Assembly: GCA_963749075.1 (NCBI GenBank)
Contig: CAVVLJ010000017.1
Span: forward strand, 704,001 to 768,000
Length of the DNA: 64,000 bases
Direction of reading: 5' to 3'
Source: an uncultured Pseudomonadota bacterium
GTDB lineage: Bacteria > Pseudomonadota > Alphaproteobacteria > JACZXZ01
A program made the position numbers and the translations under genes. The notes under the pieces were generated by a model, which was given only the letters and a program-made list of their open reading frames with translations, ran no database searches and was not told where the DNA came from. Positions within the stretch are counted from its first letter, which is position 1. The number at the start of each line of letters is the position of its first letter. Shown piece after piece: positions 37,266 to 47,108 of this stretch.

Positions 37266-39711
37266 CTACAGTCTCGGCCGCATTCCTTGCGCGTCGTGGA
37301 GCGGCGCCATATGCAGCTCGGCGGCAATGCGCTCGCTCGCCACCTCGAGCTCGTACTTGCCGCTCGCGAGATAATCGTCCGAGACGCCGGCCGCGTTGCG
37401 CACGTAGCCGTAGCCGATGCACTTCCCCACCGTGTAGCCCCAGCCGCCGCTCGCGAGCCAGCCGACGAGAGTGCCGTCGCGATAGATCGATTCGCGGCCG
37501 AGAAGGACGACCGCCGGGTCCGCGACCGTGAAGCAGGCGAGGCGCTTCCGAAGCGGCTTCTCTGCCTGCGCCGCGAGCGCCTCGCGGCCGAGGAAATCTT
37601 GCGCCGTCTTGAGCTTGACCGTCCAGCCGAGCCCCGCCTCGAGCGGCGTCGCATCGGGCCCGATATCGGCACCCCAGGCGCGGTAGCCCTTCTCGAGGCG
37701 GAGCGATTCGATCGCCCGGTAGCCGGCATTCACGATGCCGTGCTCGGCGCCGGCGGCCATCAGCGCCTGATAGACGGCGAGCGCGTATTCCGTCGGCACA
37801 TGGAGCTCCCAGCCGAGCTCGCCCACGTAAGTGATGCGGAGCGCGCGGACGGTCGCAGCCGCGACCATGATCTCGCGCGCGTGGCCGAAGGGGAAGGCGG
37901 CATTGGAGAGGTCGGCATCGCTGAGCTTGGCAAGCACCATCGCGCGCTTGCGGTCCCATCAGCGCAAGCGTTGCGTAGGCCGAGCTCACGTCGACGAGGC
38001 TCGCCTCGGCGTGCGCCGGCATGTTGGCCATGATCCAGGCGGCATCGTGGGTGGCGAAGCCGGTGCCGGTCACGATGTAGTAGCGCTCCTCGGCGAGGCG
38101 GGTGACGGTGAGGTCGCACTCGATGCCGCCGCGGCGGTTGAGCATCTGGGTATAGACGACCCGGCCCGGCGGCTTTGCCACGTCGTTCGCGCAAAGCCAG
38201 CCGAGCGCCCGCTCGGCGTCGCGGCCGACGACGAGGAATTTGGCGAAGGAGGATTGATCGAAGAGGGCGACCGCCTCGCGCGCGGCGCGGTGCTCGCGAC
38301 CGACCGCCTCGAACCAGTTCTGCCGGCCGAAGCCGTAGACGTCCTCCGGCGTCTCGCCGGCTCTCGCGAACCAGTTCGGCCGCTCCCAGCCGAGCTTCGA
38401 GCCGAAGCAGGCGCCGGCCTCCTTGAGACGCGCATAGAGGGGCGAGACGCGGAGCGGCCGGCCGCTCGCATATTCCTCGTGCGGCCAGGCCATGGTGTAA
38501 TGCTTGCCGTAGGCCTCGCGCGTGCGCGCGAGCACCCAGCGCTCGTCGCGGTGGAGGGCGCCGAAGCGGCGGATGTCGACGGGCCAGAGGTCCATGGGCG
38601 GCTCGCCGCCGACGATCCATTCGGCGAGCGCGCGGCCGGCGCCGCCGCCTGAGGCGATGCCGAAGGCGTTGAAGCCGGCGCCGACGTAGAAGCCCCTCGC
38701 CTCGGGCGCCTCGCCGAGGATGAAGTTGCCGTCCGGCGTGAAGGATTCGGGGCCGTTGATGAGCTCTTTGACGCCAGCAGTCGCGAGCGCCGGGACGCGC
38801 GCGAGGGCCTGGGTCATGTGCTGCTCGAAATGGTCCCAGTTCGGCGCGAGGAGGGAGAAGTGGAAGCCCTCCGGGATGCCGCCCTCGGCCCATGGAATGG
38901 GGTCGGGCTCGTAGCCGCCCATGACGAGGCCGCCCACCTCCTCCTTGAAGTAGATGAGGCGGTCGGGATCGCGCAGGGTGGGAAGATTGCGCGGCACGCC
39001 GGGAATGGGCTCGGTGATCATGTATTGGTGCTGGAGCGACTGCAGCGGCACGGCAACGCCCGCCATGCGGCCGATCTCCCTGGCCCATTGCCCGGCGCAA
39101 TTGACCACGACCTCGCACTTGATGGCGCCGCGCGCGGTGGCGACGCCCGTGGTGCTGCCCTTCTCGAGAAGGACGCCGGTCACCGGGCAATCCTCGATGA
39201 TGCGCACGCCGCCTTGGCGGGCACCCTTGGCGAGGGCTGAGGTGAGGTCCGCGGGATTGACCTGGCCGTCGGTCGGCAGGAAGGCGGCGCCCACGAGATC
39301 GCCGATGTCCATGACCGGCCAGAGCGCTTGCGCCTCCGCAGGATTGAGGAGATGCATCTCCAGGCCGAAGCTGTGCGCGGTGGTCGCCTGGCGCCTGATC
39401 TCGGTCATGCGCGCCTCATTGCAGGCGAGGCGCAGGCCGCCATTCATCTTCCAGCCGGTCGCCTGGCCGGTCTCGGCCTCGAGGCGGCCGTAGAGCTCGA
39501 CCGAGTATTTGAGGAGCTGGGTCACGTTGGCCGAGCTGCGCAGCTGGCCCACGAGGCCCGCGGCATGGAAGCTCGAGCCGCTCGCGAGCCTGTGCCGCTC
39601 GAGGAGCACGATCTCGCGCCAGCCGAGCCGTGCCAGATGATAGGCCGTCGAGCAGCCGACGATGCCGCCGCCGATGATGACCGCCCGCGCCGTCGTGGGG
39701 AAATCGCTCAT
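37266..39711 (-). CDS. GcvT-family FAD-dependent dehydrogenase (dimethylglycine/sarcosine dehydrogenase-like) with a +1 frameshift at about 37937
   Basis: IIGGGIVG, HAAGLVGQ, GPESFTPD, GWERPNWF, then RITYVGELGWELH and SLRLEKGY in the second frame; removing one base of CC 37937-37938 gives 814 aa. Confidence 0.9.
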
Positions 39712-40613
39712 GGCCGCGGCCCCGCGCGCTCGAAGGCCGCATAGACGCGCTCGAAGCGCGCCAGGTTCCCGGCCGTGTAGGCCGCATAGTCGAAGTCGAT
39801 CGTGGAGTGGATCTCGGAGACCATGCTCCACATCGCCTCGCGCAGCAGCGAGGCGCATTTCATCGCCTGGTAGCTCAGCCGGCGCCGGCCGTCGGCCGGC
39901 CTGCCGTCATAGGCCTCGAGCAGCCAAAGCTCCTCGGCCGCGGCGAGCTCGGCGTTGGAGGCGAGATTGGCGAGGTCGAAGAGGCCTGAGTTGAAGCCCG
40001 CGTAATCCCAATCGACGAGCCACAGCCGCCGGCCAGCGTCGATGAAGTTGGCGGGGAGGAGATCGTTGTGGGCGAAGACGAGCTCGATCGCGCCGACCGC
40101 CTGCTCGAGCACAGTTGCGATCTCCATGAGCCGCGGCAGCCGTGGTGCGTGGGCACTCCCGGCGGCCGCGAGCGTGTGGCCATAGTCGCGGATCACGTGA
40201 AAGACCCAGAATGCCAGCACAGGTCCGCGCAAGTGTTTGGGCATCTCGGTGTGGAGGCACTTCAAGAGCGGGACCACGCGCTCGAGCGTCGCGGGCGCGC
40301 GCAGGTCGGCGGCCGTCAGCGTGCGGCCGTCTATGAAGCGCATGACGATGGCGCCCGGCTCGCGGTGGAGGATCTCGGGCGAGAGGCCGGCGCGGAAGGC
40401 CGCCTCGGCCGCCGCGAGCTCGTTGAAGCGCATCACGCCGTGGACCGGGATGTCGCCGCCGATGCGCACGACGTAGCGCTCGCCTTTCTGGCGCACCAGG
40501 AAATTCCGGTTGGTGATGCCGCCCTTGAGCAGCTCGATCTCGATCGGCGCGCTCCAGAAGCTGAGCTTTAGCGCGCGCTCGCGCGCGTCGCCCGGCGCGC
40601 CGCTATGGCTCAT
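39708..40613 (-). CDS. Choline/ethanolamine kinase-like phosphotransferase
   Basis: LKGGITNRNF, HNDLLPANF, LVDWDYAG; ATGA overlap with the GcvT-family gene. Confidence 0.88.
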   Translation of the reverse strand: MSHSGAPGDARERALKLSFWSAPIEIELLKGGITNRNFLVRQKGERYVVRIGGDIPVHGVMRFNELAAAEAAFRAGLSPEILHREPGAIVMRFIDGRTLTAADLRAPATLERVVPLLKCLHTEMPKHLRGPVLAFWVFHVIRDYGHTLAAAGSAHAPRLPRLMEIATVLEQAVGAIELVFAHNDLLPANFIDAGRRLWLVDWDYAGFNSGLFDLANLASNAELAAAEELWLLEAYDGRPADGRRRLSYQAMKCASLLREAMWSMVSEIHSTIDFDYAAYTAGNLARFERVYAAFERAGPRP

Positions 40614-40625
40614 CGCAGCCTCGCC

Positions 40626-41768
40626 TCAGCCCTTGCGCAACGCCGGCATCACGTCCTTGGCGAACCAGCGGAGCTGCTCCTTGAACTCCTTAGGCGGCAT
40701 GCCCTCCGCCCAATGGATCATGAAATGCTCGAGCCCCGGATACTTGTCCGCGATTCCGCGGATGCCGTCGATCACCTGGGCCGGCGGGCCGCAGAACCAG
40801 GCCTTCTGCTGCACCCCGTCGCGCAAGGTCGGCACGCGGGCCGGCGCTCCCGGCATGCCCCAGCTCCGCCCCTCTTCGTCGGCGTAGCGCACGAAGCCGA
40901 AGGGGGCGAACCACTTGTAGCGCTCGTCGTGCGCCGGCTCGATGCGGCGGATGGCCTCCTCCTCGCTGTCGGCGAGACAGAGTCCCGCACCCCAGATCAC
41001 GTCCTCGCCGAGCTTCTTCTTCCGTCCGTGGCGGGCGCAGGCGGCGTGGTACTGGCGCACCACGTCGTCGAGGATCTTCTCGCCGTTGAGCGTCACCATC
41101 GCCTTGAGGCCGTATTGCGCCATCATCTCGATGGTGCGGCCGCTCGCGATCGGCATCCAGATCTCGACGGGGAGGTGCTTGGGCCGCGGGATGACGGTGA
41201 TCTCCTCGAGCCGGTAGCCGCGGTAGTCGACGGGCGGCGGGCACTCGAAATACTTGCCCTTGTGGTGGAAGGCCTCCTCGTTGAAGCATTTGAGGAGGAG
41301 CTGGAGCCCCTCCTCGAAATAGGCGCGGTTGGCCTCGGCGTCGAGGAGCGGGGCGCCGAAGCTCTCGACCTCGCGCGTGTGGTAGCCGCGCCCCACGCCC
41401 ATGATGACGCGGCCATCGGTCACGATGTCGGCCATGGCATAGTCCTCGGCCAGGCGGATCGGGTGCCACATGGGCAGCACGTTGAAGGCGCAGCCGAACT
41501 TGAGGCGCTTCGTCTGGGTGGCGAGCCAGAGGCCGAGCTGGATGAGGTTGGGCAGGCACTCGTAGCCCTCGCGCTGGAAATGGTGCTCGGCCGTCCACAG
41601 CACGTCGAAGCCGAGCTCGTCCATGGTGCGCGCCACGTCGCGCGCGGTGGCGAAGACCTCGCTCAGGCGCTCGTTGGCATAACGCCGCTCGTCGGCCGGC
41701 GTGCCGCTCAAGCCGACGTTGTCGAGCTCGATCTGGCCCACGTAAAGGACGTGGAAATTCTTGATCAT
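40626..41768 (-). CDS. LLM (luciferase-like) flavin-dependent monooxygenase
   Basis: WTAEHHF, WHPIRLAEDYA, GVGRGY..E, PRP. Confidence 0.9.
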   Translation of the reverse strand: MIKNFHVLYVGQIELDNVGLSGTPADERRYANERLSEVFATARDVARTMDELGFDVLWTAEHHFQREGYECLPNLIQLGLWLATQTKRLKFGCAFNVLPMWHPIRLAEDYAMADIVTDGRVIMGVGRGYHTREVESFGAPLLDAEANRAYFEEGLQLLLKCFNEEAFHHKGKYFECPPPVDYRGYRLEEITVIPRPKHLPVEIWMPIASGRTIEMMAQYGLKAMVTLNGEKILDDVVRQYHAACARHGRKKKLGEDVIWGAGLCLADSEEEAIRRIEPAHDERYKWFAPFGFVRYADEEGRSWGMPGAPARVPTLRDGVQQKAWFCGPPAQVIDGIRGIADKYPGLEHFMIHWAEGMPPKEFKEQLRWFAKDVMPALRKG

Positions 41769-41846
41769 GGCGCTCTTCCCCTGCCGCTGCCGCGCGCATC
41801 GCTCCTTCTCGCAGGCATCTTGCCACAACGGCCACCTCGATCCATC

Positions 41847-41879
41847 CCCTCTCCGCCTTCAGGAGGAGAGGGAGGGTAG
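41847..41879. repeat. Palindromic intergenic repeat, family A copy 2
   Basis: CCCTCTCCGCCTTCAGGAGGAGAGGGAGGGTAG. Confidence 0.8.
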
Positions 41880-41898
41880 CGTGCGATCGTTGCAATGC

Positions 41899-41917
41899 CT
41901 AAGCCGCTTAGCTAAGC
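41899..41917. promoter_or_regulatory. Candidate MarR operator
   Basis: CTAAGC-C-GCTTAG overlapping the perfect palindrome GCTTAGCTAAGC, upstream of the operon that encodes the MarR. Confidence 0.4.
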
Positions 41918-41948
41918 TCGCACGAAGCCAGCGCCAGGGAAGGTGCCC

Positions 41949-43454
41949 ATGCTCAAGTCCGGCGAGGAGCATCTCGAGAGCCTCCGCGACGGGCGCATCG
42001 TCTATATCGGCGGCGAGCGGGTCAAGGACCCGACGCGCCATCCCGCCTTCCGCAACGCGGCGCGGACGGTGGCGTCCCTCTACGAGCTCAAGCGGGGCGC
42101 GGAGATGCGCGAGCTCCTCTCTTACGAGGAGGGCGGCGAGCGCTTCAGCACGCATTTCCTCCTGCCGCGGAGCCGCGAGGACCTGCTGCGCCGCACGCGC
42201 GCGCACAAGGCCATCGCGGACAGGAGCTACGGGCTCTTCGGCCGCTCCTTCGACCATGTGGCGAGCTTCGTGGCGGGCTTGGCACTCCAGGCAGACGTGC
42301 TCGAGTCGGGCGAGGTGCGGAGCATCCCCTTCGCCCGGCATCTGCGTGCCTACTACGACGAGGCGCGGCGCAGCGACAGCTTCATCGCCTACGCCATCGT
42401 CCCCGCCCCCGGGGCGCGCGACCCCGGCTTCAGCGGCGGCCGCGCGGGCGACCGCTCGCCCACGCTGCGCGTCACGAGCGAGGATGCCGCGGGCGTCACC
42501 GTGAGCGGCATGAAGCTGCTCGCGACCGGAGCCGTCTTCGCCAACGAGCTCTGGCTCGGCAACGTGCAGCCTCTCGCACCCGAGCGCAAGAAGGAGGCGA
42601 TCACCTGCGCCGTTCCGATGAACGCGCCCGGCCTTTCCTTGTGGTCGCGCAAGCCCTTCGAGCCCATGGCGGCGAGCGAGTTCGACAGCCCGCTCTCCTT
42701 CCGCTACGACGAGGGCGACTTCGTCGTTGTCTTCGACGAGGTGAAGGTGCCGTGGCACCGGGTGTTCTCCCACGACGACCCGCGCCTCTCGCGCGAGCTC
42801 TATTTCCGCACGCCGTCGCACTGCTTCGGCAATCACCAGTCCAACGTGCGCTTCTGGTCGAAGCTGCAGCTCCTCGCCGGCCTGGCCGGCCGCATCGCCG
42901 AGGCGAACGGCGCCGAGCGCATCCCCGCGGTGCGCGAGACGCTGGGGCGGCTCGCAGCATTCGAGGGCATGCTCGCCGGCATGATCTACGGGCAGAGCAT
43001 GGACCAGGAGGAGCTCGGCAACGGCTACGTCTCCTTCAACCGGCGCTACATGTATGGCGCCCTCGCCTGGTGCACGGAGAACTACGGCGAGATCTGCGAC
43101 AAGGTGCGCGAGCTCATGGGCGCCGGCGTCTTCCTCATGCCGGCCGACGCCTCGGTCATGGACGAGCCGGACTTGCGCGAGCGCTTCGAGGAGATGTGGA
43201 GCACGTCCGGCCACACGGCACTGCAGCGCATGAAGCTCTTCCGCCTCGCCTGGGACCTGCTCGGCTCCGAGTTCGGCATGCGCCAGCAGCATTACGAAAA
43301 ATTCTTCCCCGGCCCGCCCTACGTGGTGCGCGACCACAACTTCCGCGAGGCGCCCTGGGCTCACTTCCACGGCATCGTCGACGATCTCATGGCAAGCTAT
43401 GATTTACCCGCCCACGGCAAGCCCGCTCCAGGCGGTGCGGGCAAGGCGCCGTGA
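41949..43454 (+). CDS. 4-hydroxyphenylacetate 3-hydroxylase (HpaB/PvcC/TcpA) family oxygenase
   Basis: HLESLRDGR, HPAFRN, GRSFDH, VSGMKLLATG, RYDEGD, FDEVKVPW, RLAWD, RQQHYE. Confidence 0.9.
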   Translation: MLKSGEEHLESLRDGRIVYIGGERVKDPTRHPAFRNAARTVASLYELKRGAEMRELLSYEEGGERFSTHFLLPRSREDLLRRTRAHKAIADRSYGLFGRSFDHVASFVAGLALQADVLESGEVRSIPFARHLRAYYDEARRSDSFIAYAIVPAPGARDPGFSGGRAGDRSPTLRVTSEDAAGVTVSGMKLLATGAVFANELWLGNVQPLAPERKKEAITCAVPMNAPGLSLWSRKPFEPMAASEFDSPLSFRYDEGDFVVVFDEVKVPWHRVFSHDDPRLSRELYFRTPSHCFGNHQSNVRFWSKLQLLAGLAGRIAEANGAERIPAVRETLGRLAAFEGMLAGMIYGQSMDQEELGNGYVSFNRRYMYGALAWCTENYGEICDKVRELMGAGVFLMPADASVMDEPDLRERFEEMWSTSGHTALQRMKLFRLAWDLLGSEFGMRQQHYEKFFPGPPYVVRDHNFREAPWAHFHGIVDDLMASYDLPAHGKPAPGGAGKAP

Positions 43455-44026
43455 ACGCCGTCCGGCAAAGCTCCCGTGCCGGGGCGGCCGCGGCCGGGCG
43501 CGAGCGCCGGACGCCGCCCCCCTCGGTGACGCTTCCGGCCCTCCTCGTCGAGGGCTCGGACGGCACCTTCCGCGCCCTCATCCAGGACATTCTCGTGATG
43601 GCCAAGGAGCTCCAGGCGCTGCGCGCGCGGCTTGCGCGCTCGCTCGGCGTGAGCGAGCCGCAGTACCGCGTCTTCCTCGCCATCGCCCAGCTCGAGGCGA
43701 AGGACGGCGTGAGCGTGAGCCAGGTGGCGGGCCATCTCGGCCTCAGCGGCGCCTTCGTCACCATGGAGACGCGCGGCCTGGTGCGCCGCGGCCTGGTGGT
43801 AAAGCGCCCCGATCCGCTCGACGGCCGCGCCGTCCTGCTCTCGCTCACCGAGAAGGGCCGCGGCAGCCTGGCAGCGCTCGCCGTGCGCCAGCGGGCGGTC
43901 AACGATGCGCTCTTCCGCGACTTCTCGGCCGCCGAGTTCCACAAGCTCGCCTCGTTCGGCCGCCGCCTCGTCGCCAATGCCGGACGCGCGCGCCGCGCGG
44001 CCGCCCGCCTCGCGCGCGGCGATTGA
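43451..44026 (+). CDS. MarR family transcriptional regulator
   Basis: PQYRVF, VAGHLGLSGAFVT, DPLDGRAVLLSLTEKG. Confidence 0.9.
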   Translation: MNAVRQSSRAGAAAAGRERRTPPPSVTLPALLVEGSDGTFRALIQDILVMAKELQALRARLARSLGVSEPQYRVFLAIAQLEAKDGVSVSQVAGHLGLSGAFVTMETRGLVRRGLVVKRPDPLDGRAVLLSLTEKGRGSLAALAVRQRAVNDALFRDFSAAEFHKLASFGRRLVANAGRARRAAARLARGD

Positions 44027-44035
44027 GAGGGTCCC

Positions 44036-45064
44036 ATGGCACGAGCGTCCTCCGCATCCGACCGCGGGCTCGAGATCGAGGGGCTCAAGCTCGTGCGCGG
44101 CGAGCGCGCCCAGCGCCGCATGCGCGTGCTCGAGCTCGCCGACGGCTCCTGGCTCGAGCTTCCCGTCGTGGTCCTGCGCGGCGGCATGCCCGGACCGGTC
44201 TTCTATCTGGGTGCGGCCTTCCACGGCGACGAGGCGAACGGCGTCGAGCTCGTGCAGCGCTTTGCGCGCACGCTGGATCTCAGGGAGCTCCGCGGCACCG
44301 TCATCATGGTGCCGGTGCAGAACCCCCTCGCCTTCCAGGTGCAGCACCGCTACTTCATCGGCCATCTCATCAAATCGCCGCTCGACAACAGCCCGGCCAA
44401 CCCCTGGGTCTCCTTCCCCGGCGACGCCAACGGCAACATGGCGGGCCTCCTCGCGCACGCGCTCTATGAGAAGCTCATGCAGCACGCCGATTACCTCGTC
44501 GACGTCCACACGCCGACCACCGGCGGCCGCTACGCCCCCTTCGCCTTCCTGCCGCCGCCGCGTTTGGGCGACCCGGCACGCGAGGCCGAGGCGCTCGCCA
44601 AGGCTTTCGGCGCCGACTTCATCCTCTCGACGGCGGAGGGCATCTACGTGCACGAGCAGAGCCCGCACGTCGTGATGGCCAAGCGCGGTGCCGCCGCCAT
44701 GGGCATCGAGGTCGGCGAAGGCGGCCGGCTCGAGCCGGAGGTGACGGCGCGCGGCGTAGCAGGCTTGGCCCGGCTCTTCCGCAGCATCGGCATGCTCGGC
44801 GGCGGCGGCGGTAGAGCGCGCGGCCGGCGCCTCGTGATCTCCTCGATGACCGTGGTGCGCGCGCGGCGCGGCGGCCTCCTCGCGCTCAAAGTCGCACTCA
44901 ACCAGGAAGTTAAGGCGGGCACCCTCCTTGCCACCATCACCGACATGTTCGGCGAGGTCGTCGAGGAGATCGCAGCCCCGCACGCGGGTCCGGTCGTGCG
45001 CATCGCGACCTTCCCGGTCGTCTCGGCGGGCGAGCGCGTCGTGCAGCTCGGCGTGGCGCGCTAG
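44036..45064 (+). CDS. Succinylglutamate desuccinylase / aspartoacylase (AstE/AspA, M14) family hydrolase
   Basis: HGDEANG, VDVHT, IEVGEG, C-terminal hybrid-motif-like domain. Confidence 0.85.
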   Translation: MARASSASDRGLEIEGLKLVRGERAQRRMRVLELADGSWLELPVVVLRGGMPGPVFYLGAAFHGDEANGVELVQRFARTLDLRELRGTVIMVPVQNPLAFQVQHRYFIGHLIKSPLDNSPANPWVSFPGDANGNMAGLLAHALYEKLMQHADYLVDVHTPTTGGRYAPFAFLPPPRLGDPAREAEALAKAFGADFILSTAEGIYVHEQSPHVVMAKRGAAAMGIEVGEGGRLEPEVTARGVAGLARLFRSIGMLGGGGGRARGRRLVISSMTVVRARRGGLLALKVALNQEVKAGTLLATITDMFGEVVEEIAAPHAGPVVRIATFPVVSAGERVVQLGVAR

Positions 45065-45069
45065 CGGCG

Positions 45070-46341
45070 ATGGCGGACGCGCGGGAAACGGAGAGGCGCC
45101 GCAGCTTCGCGGCCAGGCTCCACGCCGAGCGCGGCCGCCTCGTCGAGCTCTGCTCGGCACTCGTGCGCGCCGGCAGCGAGAACCCGCCGGGCGACACGAG
45201 CCTCGTCGCCGGCGCCGTCGCGGCAGCGCTGGCCTCCTCGCCGCGCATCGCCGTCGAGCGCGTCACGGCCAGGCCGCCGATCGTCAATCTGGTGGCGCGC
45301 CTTTCCTTTGCAACACCAGGGCGCCGTCTCGTCTTCAACGGCCACCTCGACACCTTCCCGGTGGGCGACGCCGCATCCTGGAGCGTGCCGCCGCTCGGCG
45401 GGCTCGTGCGCGACGGCCGCATCTACGGCCGCGGCGCCTCGGACATGAAGGCGGGCGTGGCCGCCGCCGTGCTCGCCGCCCTGCTGCTCGCCGGGGAAAC
45501 GGACGCGCTCGCGGGCGAGCTCGTGCTGGCGCTTGCCGGCGACGAGGAGACGGGCGGCCGCTGGGGCACCCAATATCTCCTTGCCGAGCGGCCCGAGACG
45601 CGCGGCGACGCCATGCTGAGCGGCGACGCCGGCTCGCCCCGCGTGCTGCGCTTCGGCGAGAAGGGCCAGCTCTGGCTCGAGATCCGCGCGCAAGGGGTCG
45701 CCAACCACGGCGCCCACGTCCATCTCGGCGTCAATGCCATCGAGCGGCTCATGGCGGCCCTGGCACGGCTCGCTCCGTTGCGCGGGCTCGATGCCGCGAT
45801 GCCCGAGGCGGTGCGCCGGCGCATCCTCGAGGCGAAGCCCGTCTCCGAGGTGCTCTCCGGCGCGGGCGAGGCGGAGACGCTCATGCATGTGACGGTCAAT
45901 ATCGGCACCATCACGGGCGGCCGGGCCGTCAACATCATCCCCGACGAGGCCGCGGCGCGTCTCGACATCCGCCTGCCGCCCGGCCTCGGCACCGACGCCG
46001 TGCTCGCCGCCGCCGCGGCGGCACTCGGCGATCTCGAAGGCGTCAGCACCCGCGTGCTCGCCAGGTGCGAGCCCAATCTGAGCGACCCCGACCACGAGCT
46101 CGCCCACCTCGCCGCAAGGAACGGCGAGGAGGTCCTCGGCGAGACCGTGGTGCGCAACATGCGCGTCGGCTTCTCCGATGCGCGCTTCTACCGCCAGCTC
46201 GGCGTGCCCGCCTTCGTCTACGGCCCCACGCCGCACAACATGGGCGGTATCGACGAGCACGTCACTATCGACGACCTCTTCGCCGTCTTCTACGTGCACG
46301 CCATGACGGCGTTCGATTTCCTCGCCTACCGGAGGCTGTGA
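45070..46341 (+). CDS. M20 family metallopeptidase (ArgE/DapE-like)
   Basis: NGHLDT, GRGASDMKAG, DEETGG, SDARF, DEHV. Confidence 0.92.
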   Translation: MADARETERRRSFAARLHAERGRLVELCSALVRAGSENPPGDTSLVAGAVAAALASSPRIAVERVTARPPIVNLVARLSFATPGRRLVFNGHLDTFPVGDAASWSVPPLGGLVRDGRIYGRGASDMKAGVAAAVLAALLLAGETDALAGELVLALAGDEETGGRWGTQYLLAERPETRGDAMLSGDAGSPRVLRFGEKGQLWLEIRAQGVANHGAHVHLGVNAIERLMAALARLAPLRGLDAAMPEAVRRRILEAKPVSEVLSGAGEAETLMHVTVNIGTITGGRAVNIIPDEAAARLDIRLPPGLGTDAVLAAAAAALGDLEGVSTRVLARCEPNLSDPDHELAHLAARNGEEVLGETVVRNMRVGFSDARFYRQLGVPAFVYGPTPHNMGGIDEHVTIDDLFAVFYVHAMTAFDFLAYRRL

Positions 46342-46375
46342 CCGCGGTCACTAACCCTCTGTGATATCGGTCATA
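46337..46375. promoter_or_regulatory. Two tandem CRP/FNR-family-like boxes
   Basis: TGTGA-CCGCGG-TCACT (46337-46352) and TGTGA-TATCGG-TCATA (46360-46375), each one mismatch from TGTGA-N6-TCACA. Confidence 0.5.
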
Positions 46376-46459
46376 TCTGCCCTCGTCCCGACGGGCTAGC
46401 TTGCCCCCCGAGCGCGCCAACCGGGTCCCTTTGGGACCGCCATCAGGGGACACGGCGTC

Positions 46460-46540
46460 ATGACGAGACAAGACATCTACACCTCCTGGGTGCTGTTCGC
46501 GGTCATGCTGGTCATCGTCGCCATCGCCTCGCTCTCCTAG
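46460..46540 (+). CDS. 26-aa single-TM small protein (not in the ORF track)
   Basis: AGGGGA RBS; MTRQDIYTSWVLFAVMLVIVAIASLS; GC-ending codons typical of this genome. Confidence 0.6.
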   Translation: MTRQDIYTSWVLFAVMLVIVAIASLS

Positions 46541-46640
46541 ACCTCGAGGGTGCGGCGGCGTGCGGCCGTGACATCGCCGCGGCGTTCATGCTAGTGAGGC
46601 GCACGCCATAACTTCGCAGCCATGACGAAAAGGGCGCCCC

Positions 46641-47081
46641 GTGGCCGTGCTCACCCTGGCACAAGCATCCGAGATCGTGGATAGCGCGCTTGCCGCCGGG
46701 CGCGCGGCCTCCTTCGCCCCGCTCACGGTCGCCGTGCTCGACGCGGGCGGCCATCTCGTGGCGCTCAAGCGCGAGGACCGCTCCAGCCTGCTGCGCCCCG
46801 AGATCGCGGTCGCCAAGGCGTGGGGCGTGCTCGGCATGGGTTTCGGCGGGCGCGAGCTCGAGCGCCGCGCCAAGGCGGTGCCGGCCTTCTTCGCCGCCCT
46901 CGCCAATCTCGCCGAGGGCCGCATGGTGCCGGTGCCGGGCGGCGTCCTCATCCGCGATGCGTCCGGCGCCATCCTCGGCGCCGTCGGAATAAGCGGCGAC
47001 GCCTCGCTCAACGACGAGAGCTGCGCCACAGCCGGCATCAAGGCGGCCGGCCTGGTGCCGGACACCGGCGATCCGCAATGA
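46641..47081 (+). CDS. GlcG/HbpS family heme-binding protein
   Basis: VAVLDAGG, IAVAKA, PGGVLI, GAVGISG, DE. Confidence 0.92.
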   Translation: MAVLTLAQASEIVDSALAAGRAASFAPLTVAVLDAGGHLVALKREDRSSLLRPEIAVAKAWGVLGMGFGGRELERRAKAVPAFFAALANLAEGRMVPVPGGVLIRDASGAILGAVGISGDASLNDESCATAGIKAAGLVPDTGDPQ

Positions 47082-47108
47082 ATGGGCTGCCGCCGTGAGG
47101 GCGGCGGC

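Noticed and set aside
37930-37945. Programmed ribosomal frameshift in the GcvT-family gene
   Set aside because: No slippery heptamer or obvious stimulator; the same doublet signature as the other probable sequencing errors.
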